Positions 44,390 to 52,207 of a stretch of DNA of 64,000 bases are shown here, piece after piece (the first letter of the stretch is position 1; each line of letters opens with the position of its first letter). The DNA is from an uncultured Alphaproteobacteria bacterium (GTDB taxonomy: Bacteria; Pseudomonadota; Alphaproteobacteria; Rhodobacterales; Rhodobacteraceae), in contig CACKFK010000001.1 in NCBI GenBank assembly GCA_902599445.1, positions 15,136-79,135 of the forward strand, given 5' to 3'. The notes beneath the pieces are model-generated. The model did not search any database and was not told the DNA's origin. It saw only the letters and a list, made by a program, of their open reading frames with translations. The position numbers were made by a program, and so were the translations under genes.

Positions 44390-47194
44390 TTATATCTTAT
44401 CAAGTATAGGTCTAAGAAGTTTTAATGGATGATCTCTTAAAGTTAGACCAAATGTCTTTAGGTCTTTTTTAACTTGCTTTCCTGCTGATAGACTGGGGAG
44501 TTTGGTTGCTTTATTAGGTTTTTCATTTTTATCAATAAGGGGCATTTTTTTACTCGAATTAAGAGCATATATTTCCCATAAAGCTTCATGGCGGTTTTTA
44601 TTCATGCATGCGAAACAATCGGCTTTAGCTAAAAGAACCATGGTTGCATAGTTCACTTTTGTTTTATTCCAAAACGTCTTAATTGTTGCGTAACTTCTTT
44701 TTCTTTTTTCTTCAATTATTACTGCATCTACTCTTAAAAAGCCTTTTATGAGACGAAGTCCTAAACGCAAACCTATATTGTGCGAAGACCTTTTTTCTAT
44801 TTTGTGATCCCAGTTACTATGGTTTGCTGAAACCGGATAGATTTTTACACCATGTCTTTCTGCATCTTGTATAATTTGGTAAGGTTTATAAAATCCCATT
44901 GGCTGAGAATTAAGTAATGCACACGTGAAAATCTCTGGATAATAGGCTTTTATCCACGCCGAGGCATAAACTAATAAAGCAAAGCTGGCTGCATGACTTT
45001 CTGGAAAACCATATTCTCCAAAACCCTCTATTTGAGAGAAACAGCGTTCAGCAAATTCATTTGTGTATCCATTATATAACATTCCTAATATGAATCTTTT
45101 TTTGAATGTTTGAATTTCTCCTTCTTTCCTAAATTTACTAAAAGCTTTTCTTAATTGATCAGCTTCTTCAGCAGAAAAGTCTGCAGCCACGATAGCAATT
45201 TTCATGACCTGCTCTTGAAATAATGGAACACCTAGTGTTTTTCCTAAAACTGAACCCAGTTCATTAGATGGTAGAGTGATTTTTTCAATTCCTTGCCTTC
45301 GTCTTAAATAGGGATGAACCATATCTCCTTGTATTGGCCCTGGTCTAATAATTGCAATTTGGATAACTAGATCATAGAAGCATCTCGGAAGCATTCTTGG
45401 TAGAAAATTCATTTGAGCACGACTTTCAACCTGGAATATCCCAATGCTATCTGCCTTACATAACATTTCATAAACCTGGGGTTCTTCTTTCGGGATAGTG
45501 GATAAAGAATATTGGAGCCCATAAATATCGTTAATAAGGCTAAAAGCTTTGCGAATACAAGTAAGTATTCCAAGGCCTAAAATATCAATTTTGAGTATTC
45601 CAAGTACTGCAATATCTTCTTTATCCCAGCAAACCATTGTTCTATTTTTCATACGTGCAGCTTGAATGGGTATAAGTTCATCTAATCGCTGGTTAGTAAT
45701 TATAAAACCGCCTGTGTGTTGTCCTAAATGACGAGGAAAACCATAGATTTTAGAAGCCAGAATCAAAATTTTATTTATTTGAGGAGAGGCAGTTTTTGTA
45801 CTCAACTTTTGCCGGTATGAACCTTTGGTATACTCAATATTCCCCAGATTATATTGTGTAATGATTGTATTACTAAGATCTTTTGAAAGGCCCATTACCT
45901 TGCTAACTTCACGAAGCGCCTGACGTTTTTTATAATGAATAACAGTGGCACAAATTCCAGCCTTATATCGACCAAACTTTTTATAGATGTATTGGATTAT
46001 TTCTTCACGTCTTTCATGTTCAAAATCAACATCAATATCTGGAGGTTCATTTCTGGCTTCTGATATAAACCTCTCAAAAACCATTGTACCGATTTCAGGA
46101 CTTACAGCGGTAATCCCTAGAGCATAGCACACCACTGAATTGGCCGCTGAACCACGGCCTTGGTATAAAATAGCTCTTGATTTTGCGAACGCCACAATAT
46201 CATAAACAGTCAGAAAATAAGGAGCATAATTTAACTTCTTTATTAGCTGCAATTCACGATTCACTTGTGATTGTATTTTTGAGGGTATTTTTTGGGGATA
46301 ACGGAATTTCAAACCATTTGCTGTTAAGTTAACAAGTCTTCTTTGTGGGGATTGGTTTTTTATAATTTCACTAGGGTATTCGTACTTTAATTCGCTCAAA
46401 GAAAAGTTGCATTCAAGTAAGATTTTTTGGTTATTTTCTAGAGCTGATTGATATTTTTGAAATATTCTTTCCAGTTCTAAAGGGCCTCTTAAGTATTGTT
46501 CGCCATTTAGTGTAGCTTTAGTACCAAGTTCCTTTACAGTACATTTATTTCTGATTGCACTTAGTACATCGATCAGATTCTGACGTGATTTATCATGCAT
46601 TATTGGCATGCATGAGGCTACAAGCCTTAACTTGAAAATTGAGGATAGTCTGGCGATATTTCGAAATCTAGTGCTGTCTAAGCTGTCATATTTAGGAGAT
46701 AATATCATATAAGAATTTGATAGGTTTTTGGATAACTTTTGGGTGCTCCTGATCCAGTTTTTTAATATTAGTGGATCTTCAGATTCTTCTGGTGGGTGTA
46801 TTAAAAAAATTAATCCCCCTCTTAGGGAAATAATTCTTTGTAACGATGGATGTCTTATATCATTGTAGTTTGTGGAAGTGATTGTTGTTAATATACGGCA
46901 CAAGTTTTTCCAGCCCTTAAGATTTTTTACTATAGTAGTAATTGAAAAGTTATCTTTTGTAATAATTCGAGCTCCAAAAATTAATTTGAGTAATGATGAT
47001 TTATTTTTAGATAAGCTGCTAATGGCAGAGTATGCTTTTACTACACCAGCAACTGAATTTTCATCAGTGATTGCCAAACCACTAAGATCCAATTTTATAG
47101 CTTGTTTGACGTATTCCTCAGGATGACTTCCACCCTTTAGAAAACTAAAATTCGATAAAACACCAAACTCTGCTAGAGATCTTTTGTTCACCAT
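44390..47194 (-). CDS. dnaE2: Error-prone DNA polymerase DnaE2 (ImuC), apparently lacking the C-terminal OB-fold region
   Basis: 934 aa with an N-terminal PHP domain (LSNFSFLKGGSHPEEYV), the Pol III alpha core (GRGSAANSVVCYALGIT, PPDIDVDFEH, SRAQMNF) and the HhH region. The ORF ends DHPLKLLRPILDKI, where homologues continue into an OB-fold. Confidence 0.9.
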   Translation of the reverse strand: MVNKRSLAEFGVLSNFSFLKGGSHPEEYVKQAIKLDLSGLAITDENSVAGVVKAYSAISSLSKNKSSLLKLIFGARIITKDNFSITTIVKNLKGWKNLCRILTTITSTNYNDIRHPSLQRIISLRGGLIFLIHPPEESEDPLILKNWIRSTQKLSKNLSNSYMILSPKYDSLDSTRFRNIARLSSIFKLRLVASCMPIMHDKSRQNLIDVLSAIRNKCTVKELGTKATLNGEQYLRGPLELERIFQKYQSALENNQKILLECNFSLSELKYEYPSEIIKNQSPQRRLVNLTANGLKFRYPQKIPSKIQSQVNRELQLIKKLNYAPYFLTVYDIVAFAKSRAILYQGRGSAANSVVCYALGITAVSPEIGTMVFERFISEARNEPPDIDVDFEHERREEIIQYIYKKFGRYKAGICATVIHYKKRQALREVSKVMGLSKDLSNTIITQYNLGNIEYTKGSYRQKLSTKTASPQINKILILASKIYGFPRHLGQHTGGFIITNQRLDELIPIQAARMKNRTMVCWDKEDIAVLGILKIDILGLGILTCIRKAFSLINDIYGLQYSLSTIPKEEPQVYEMLCKADSIGIFQVESRAQMNFLPRMLPRCFYDLVIQIAIIRPGPIQGDMVHPYLRRRQGIEKITLPSNELGSVLGKTLGVPLFQEQVMKIAIVAADFSAEEADQLRKAFSKFRKEGEIQTFKKRFILGMLYNGYTNEFAERCFSQIEGFGEYGFPESHAASFALLVYASAWIKAYYPEIFTCALLNSQPMGFYKPYQIIQDAERHGVKIYPVSANHSNWDHKIEKRSSHNIGLRLGLRLIKGFLRVDAVIIEEKRKRSYATIKTFWNKTKVNYATMVLLAKADCFACMNKNRHEALWEIYALNSSKKMPLIDKNEKPNKATKLPSLSAGKQVKKDLKTFGLTLRDHPLKLLRPILDKI

Positions 47195-47200
47195 TTGTTC
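47186..47200 (-). promoter_or_regulatory. Alphaproteobacterial-type LexA (SOS) box overlapping the dnaE2 start codon
   Basis: Plus strand reads GTTCACCATTTGTTC, that is GTTC-N7-GTTC; on the coding strand GAACAAATGGTGAAC. The dnaE2 ATG lies inside the spacer. The flanks are nearly identical to the box at imuB. Confidence 0.7.
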
Positions 47201-47244
47201 TATTTTCTTTGCAGTTTACTATATTTTTTGTTAAAGGGCATAGG

Positions 47245-48162
47245 TCATTTTTGGAGAGGTTTTAGCTTGAAAATCATATAATGATTATATTTAAGGAATA
47301 AGTCTTTGGAACGTGTGTTCTCAAATAATCTATTTTCCAGGCGTAGTCTCCTTCGTTTACTGAGTAATAGTTTATACAGTATACCTAGGAATCTTAAACT
47401 CATAGGTCGGGTGGTTTTTAGACTGCGAATTAACCTATTTATAGAAAATCCAATGATATTATAAAACTGCTGTTCCAATTCAATTGAGGGTGCAACATCC
47501 TTGGTTATTTCTTCCTCAGTGATAATTTCGAGTTGTTGTCTTTTAATTTCAGATTCCATACTAGCCAAGGAAGGACCTCCTCCCGGTTTACGGAATATGC
47601 CAGTGTGTTTTTGTGCTGATCGAAAACAATCAGCGATTAGTATCTCCCCATCTTCGCTTAACAAATGTATTGCTTTTTGAAGTGCGATCTTCACTGGTAT
47701 ATATTGAAAACTTTCTGCATATAGACATAAATCGAATTTAATATTTTTTTTTGGGGTGTATTCTTCAAATGTAATAGGGTGGATCTTAGCCTTTCCCTTC
47801 GTGTTTTTTTCTGCACGCTCTGCCAATATACAGCTAGGTATTACTATTGTCACTTGATGACCTAGGTCTATTAAATACTTGGCTATCTGGCCTGAACCTC
47901 CACCTATATCTAATATTCTTAATTTTTTATTGGTCTTTTGCCTAGGCAAATATTTGAACAAATACTGGGTATAAGCTTCTTGCGCCTTCCCTAAGTTTTC
48001 TAAATTTACGTCTAATCCCTTCCAGTACCCATAATGCAAGTGTTCTTTCCCTGTGATAAAGCTCACAACCCTGAGAGCTATATCCAAACCGACTGCCCGA
48101 GAACTTTCCTGGGATTTTTTATTCTTACTATTTGTCGTCATACTAACTTTGAATCCTTCCAT
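47245..48162 (-). CDS. Class I SAM-dependent methyltransferase of unknown substrate
   Basis: 305 aa with SAM-binding motif I (ILDIGGGSGQIAKYL), an upstream HLHYGYW block and post-I acidic residues. It sits between imuB and dnaE2 on the same strand. Confidence 0.8.
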   Translation of the reverse strand: MEGFKVSMTTNSKNKKSQESSRAVGLDIALRVVSFITGKEHLHYGYWKGLDVNLENLGKAQEAYTQYLFKYLPRQKTNKKLRILDIGGGSGQIAKYLIDLGHQVTIVIPSCILAERAEKNTKGKAKIHPITFEEYTPKKNIKFDLCLYAESFQYIPVKIALQKAIHLLSEDGEILIADCFRSAQKHTGIFRKPGGGPSLASMESEIKRQQLEIITEEEITKDVAPSIELEQQFYNIIGFSINRLIRSLKTTRPMSLRFLGILYKLLLSKRRRLRLENRLFENTRSKDLFLKYNHYMIFKLKPLQK

Positions 48163-48195
48163 GCAATTACAATAAATGCATAATAATATATTTCA

Positions 48196-49740
48196 TTAGC
48201 AGAACTGGCCTTGTATTAACCAGGTATTTTTATAATCATTTACTCCAGAATTTTTTCTTGAATTGAATAACCAAAAATGAGATCCACAAGTTGATTTGAC
48301 TTGCCAATAATGACGTTCTGCATTTTCATGATTTTTTTTAACCAACCACCAATTTGATGAAATCCGTTCAGGACCTATAGCTTTTGAAATTTCATATTTT
48401 TGACCACCCCAAGAAAACAATCTTGGAGGTTTATCACTTCCCAATTTTGAGATTTGTTTTAACATTATTATTGGTTGGGGTTCAAAGAGTATTTTAGGTC
48501 TTGCTTTATGTTGTATAGGCCAATTGTCTATTTGCAAATTATTTGCTGGTGATGTGAAAATATAACTTTTTTCAGGTATGTGGCTTTCTCTTGGGGAGAA
48601 AACTCTTACCGCTTCTTCCCCTAATCTATTTTTTAGTTTTTCAACTAATTGATAAATAACATCACTATCCTTTTCTAACTTAGTGAAAGTTTTTTCTTTT
48701 TCTACTTTAGAGTCAAGGAGCTCTTCTTGTTCCTCAATTACGGGATAAGTTTCTGGAATTTCAACTTTAATACTAAGTATTTCAGGCAGATCTTTTTGCT
48801 CAAGAAGTTTTGTCGCAAATATATTTACTATCCGTATATCAGAATTAGTGGGTGTAGCTGAACGTATTTTTATTATTTTTTTAAGTTTCTTCTCACTATT
48901 GAATATTATATTTATAGTTTGAGCTCTCATATGTGAATTTTTCAATTCAATACATAGTGCTTTTATCAGTTTTTTGCTTAAATTGATGACTTGGTATTTA
49001 CAATTTACATACCTAACAAGATCTATTTTAACGTGAAATTTTGGTTCAATTTTTACAATAGTAAGAGGCTCATCTGCTTTGCCAGTAGCTTTATCAAAGA
49101 AGTTAGATACTTCACTATCAAATCGGAGATATAATTCATTTTTTGGTATTTTCTCTAGCTGATTAATAGTTTCAATACCAACATTATTTAATTTTTCAAC
49201 TGAGCTATGGCTAATACGTAAAGATTTAATTGGTAGATTAGTAATTGAATCATCAATTGAATTTCTACATATATTTTTTTCTGGGAAATGGGATTTAGCC
49301 CATGCGGCTCCAACAGTATTCGCTATACCAATCTTTGCCGTTATGTTGGAATCTCTGAGAAAAGATTGCATTTTTTTAATGCAAGAGCGCCTAATGGTAT
49401 GAGGTATATCTAATATTAAAGTAGAATCCTTTGCTACAGATATTCTAGGTGTAATACTTGAGAGCCAGAATATTATTTTGTTTAGATAAAGTTTTTTTTT
49501 CCTAAGTGGGAAGTCTTTTTTCACAATTAAATCTGGTTTTATTATCATAGCATCACTTAGTTTACTCCCTTCAATTAAGTTTGGTGTTTTACATTTATTG
49601 TTTAATTTGGAAATAAATTTTTGTTTTTTATAGGTTCTCAAGATGCAAAATGGCTTATCTCTTAACGTAGGATTCTCCATTAAGATGAGGTCTATGGATA
49701 AGTTAGAAAACCAAATTGATACGAAGAGATTTTTGTTCAT
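48196..49740 (-). CDS. imuB: ImuB (Y-family-polymerase-like accessory protein of the ImuB-DnaE2 mutasome)
   Basis: 514 aa. The N-terminal pattern (LFVSIWFSNLSIDL ... KPFCIL ... SKLSDAMIIKPDL ... LILDIPHT ... KIGIANTVGAAWAKSHF) follows the ImuB layout. It is adjacent to dnaE2 and carries an SOS box at its start. Confidence 0.8.
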   Translation of the reverse strand: MNKNLFVSIWFSNLSIDLILMENPTLRDKPFCILRTYKKQKFISKLNNKCKTPNLIEGSKLSDAMIIKPDLIVKKDFPLRKKKLYLNKIIFWLSSITPRISVAKDSTLILDIPHTIRRSCIKKMQSFLRDSNITAKIGIANTVGAAWAKSHFPEKNICRNSIDDSITNLPIKSLRISHSSVEKLNNVGIETINQLEKIPKNELYLRFDSEVSNFFDKATGKADEPLTIVKIEPKFHVKIDLVRYVNCKYQVINLSKKLIKALCIELKNSHMRAQTINIIFNSEKKLKKIIKIRSATPTNSDIRIVNIFATKLLEQKDLPEILSIKVEIPETYPVIEEQEELLDSKVEKEKTFTKLEKDSDVIYQLVEKLKNRLGEEAVRVFSPRESHIPEKSYIFTSPANNLQIDNWPIQHKARPKILFEPQPIIMLKQISKLGSDKPPRLFSWGGQKYEISKAIGPERISSNWWLVKKNHENAERHYWQVKSTCGSHFWLFNSRKNSGVNDYKNTWLIQGQFC

Positions 49741-49749
49741 GTTTTGTTC
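49735..49749 (-). promoter_or_regulatory. Alphaproteobacterial-type LexA (SOS) box overlapping the imuB start codon
   Basis: Plus strand reads GTTCATGTTTTGTTC, that is GTTC-N7-GTTC; on the coding strand GAACAAAACATGAAC. The imuB ATG lies inside the box. Confidence 0.7.
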
Positions 49750-49789
49750 TATATTTTAATTTGATGTTTCTAATAAGATTGAAAGAAAA

Positions 49790-50212
49790 CTAATTCTTTT
49801 CTTTTAGCCGGATTATTATATCAACACTGGTAATTTCAGAATTGATAGGTGGTTCTGGTAGGTTCTTAATCTCTAAGAAATTTCCTGGGGTATCAGTGAG
49901 TTGTCCGGTGTCTTCCCAGTAAAAATGAGAATGATTATCAAGTCTGGTATCGAAATAGCATCGTGCTCCATCCACTATCACTTTATTAAGAAGCCCTGCC
50001 TCTGAGAAAGTATGAAGAGTATTGTATACTGTAGCTAAAGATACTGAAATCTTTGCTTCTTTTGCTTTCTCAAATAACCTCTCTGCAGTAATATGTTGGT
50101 GGCTGTTGTTTCCTACTAGAAGGTTTGCAAGCTCAATTCTTTGCTGAGTTGGTCTCAATCCAACCTTATAAAGCCAATTGGTGACACAGAATTTATCTTG
50201 AGTATCCATCAT
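49790..50212 (-). CDS. irr: Fur-family regulator, Irr-like (iron response regulator)
   Basis: 140 aa with a winged-helix region (LRPTQQRIELANLL ... ITAERLF ... SLATVYNTLHTFSEAGLL). It has no CxxC zinc motifs and carries an HxH motif (HSH). It is divergent from fabA-fabB-fabI, the position of irr in several Rhizobiales as I recall. Confidence 0.75.
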   Translation of the reverse strand: MMDTQDKFCVTNWLYKVGLRPTQQRIELANLLVGNNSHQHITAERLFEKAKEAKISVSLATVYNTLHTFSEAGLLNKVIVDGARCYFDTRLDNHSHFYWEDTGQLTDTPGNFLEIKNLPEPPINSEITSVDIIIRLKEKN

Positions 50213-50426
50213 TTCAAAAAAATTATACTTAACATCTCAATAATATTATTAAACTTCTTTAACTTCAATATCAAATTCTATTCACTGTCTGATTGAGGTA
50301 TGAATTTTGACAAGGTTAAAGATTTCTAATTCTTAGAACAATTACGGTAAATGTTGCACCTAACTTAATAACAGTGATAAGACTAGCTAGTCATAAGAAA
50401 TAAGTAAAATAGAATTGGTTCTAAAA

Positions 50427-50918
50427 ATGGCTATAGATTTTGAGGATTTGCTAAAGTGTTCACGCGGAGAAATGTTTGGTCTTGGTAATCCACAGTTACC
50501 TTTGCCCCCAATGTTAATGTTCGACAGTATCAAAGAAATCTCAGATGACTCTGGTCTACACGGCAAGGGCCATGTCATTGCAGAACTGAAAATTAAACCA
50601 GATTTATGGTTTTTTGATTGTCATTTTGTAGGTGATCCTGTGATGCCGGGGTGTTTAGGCTTAGATGCCTTATGGCAACTAACAGGTTTTAATTTGGGTT
50701 GGAGAGGTTTCAAAGGGCGTGGAAGAGCACTAGGAGTCGGAGAAGTAAAATTTAAAGGTATGGTCACTCCAGAAACAAAATCTATAACTTATGAAATAAA
50801 CTTTGTTAGAGTATTAGATAGAAAACTTAAACTTGGGATATCTGATGGCCAAGTTTTCGCAGATGGTGAAGAAATCTATGTGGCCAAAGGTTTAAGAGTT
50901 GGTTTATTTGAAAGTTAA
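50427..50918 (+). CDS. fabA: 3-hydroxydecanoyl-ACP dehydratase / trans-2-decenoyl-ACP isomerase
   Basis: Close to E. coli FabA throughout ([39 protein letters not shown]). The ATG at 50427 is preferred over the TTG at 50415. Confidence 0.95.
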   Translation: MAIDFEDLLKCSRGEMFGLGNPQLPLPPMLMFDSIKEISDDSGLHGKGHVIAELKIKPDLWFFDCHFVGDPVMPGCLGLDALWQLTGFNLGWRGFKGRGRALGVGEVKFKGMVTPETKSITYEINFVRVLDRKLKLGISDGQVFADGEEIYVAKGLRVGLFES

Positions 50919-50975
50919 GGATCTTCCAAAAATAGAAACCAATGCAAAATTTCTATTAACCAGGAGATTAAAGTA

Positions 50976-52203
50976 ATGCACAGAGTAGTTATAACCGGTT
51001 TGGGAATTGTATCTTCGATAGGGAACAATGCAGGTGAAGTTACGGAATCTTTGAAAATGGGTTGTTCTGGTATCACATTTTCTGATGAATATGAATTTCA
51101 CGGCTTTAGATCACAGGTTCATGCTAAACCAAGAATAAAACTAGAGGATTCTGTCGACAAGAGGCAGTTACGTTTTATGGGTGATGGAGCAGCCTATAAC
51201 TATATTGCAATGGAGCAAGCCATTGCTGATAGTGGTTTGACGGAGAAGGATGTTTCAAACGAAAGAACAGGTTTAATAATGGGGTCAGGGGGGCCATCAA
51301 CAAAAAACCTTTTCGCAGCACATCAAATCGTCCTTGAAAAAAGAAGCCCAAAAAGGATGGGACCTTTTATGGTGACGCGGGGCATGTCATCTACTAATTC
51401 TGCATGTCTGGCTACACCTTTCAAAATAAAAGGTGTTAACTATTCAATTTCATCAGCTTGTTCTACTTCAGCTCATTGTATTGGCAATGGTTTAGAGCAA
51501 ATACAGCTAGGTAAACAAGACATTGTCTTTGCGGGTGGGGGGGGAAGAATTAGATTGGACCCTATCCTGTTTATTTGACGCAATGGGTGCTATGTCGAGC
51601 AAATATAATGACAAACCAGAAACTGCTGCAAGAGCCTATGATCAAGATAGAGATGGATTTGTGATTTCAGGTGGAGGTGGGGTTTTGGTACTTGAAGAAC
51701 TTAATCATGCTAGGGCTCGGGGTGCAAAAATTTATGCTGAGATAACTGGATATGGTGCCACTTCAGACGGTCACGACATGGTAGCACCTTCTGGAGAAGG
51801 AGGAGAGCGTTCAATGCGATTAGCATTGTCAACTTTAAATAATCGAAAGATATCCTACATAAATAGCCACGGAACTTCAACTCCAGCAGGTGATATTGTT
51901 GAAATTGAGGCAATAAGGAAAATAAGTGATAGTTCTAAAATTCCGCCAGTTTCATCTACAAAGTCTCTTACTGGGCATAGCCTTGGTGCGGCAGGGGTTC
52001 ATGAGGCCATTTATTCTATATTAATGATGAAGGGTGGTTTTATAGCAGCTAGTGCAAATGTTTTTAATTTGGATGAATCATTAAAGTCAAAGGAAATAGT
52101 TACAAAACGCCAGGACGAGGTTCTTTTTGATACAGTTCTGTCGAATAGTTTTGGATTTGGAGGCACAAATGCTACTTTGGCTTTCAGCAAGCTGATTGAC
52201 TGA
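50976..52203 (+). pseudogene. fabB: Beta-ketoacyl-ACP synthase I (fabB) interrupted by a +1 frameshift in a G8 run; true pseudogene or assembly error
   Basis: ORFs 50976..51578 and 51523..52203 are the N- and C-halves of FabB. The first reads ...[11 protein letters not shown], and the second resumes with [23 protein letters not shown] (E. coli: [32 protein letters not shown]). The frames meet at G8 (51537..51544); seven G would restore the frame. Confidence 0.9.
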
Positions 52204-52207
52204 CCAA

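Noticed and set aside
49741-49789. Looked for an imuA or imuA' gene upstream of imuB.
   Set aside because: Only 49 nt separate the imuB start from the irr stop, and no ORF fits. The methyltransferase downstream lacks any RecA-like P-loop, so imuA is absent from this locus. It may still exist elsewhere in the genome.
50387-50578. A 63-aa minus-strand ORF spanning the irr-fabA spacer and the fabA start.
   Set aside because: It is antisense to the strongly conserved fabA N-terminus. It has no recognisable features and is a shadow ORF.
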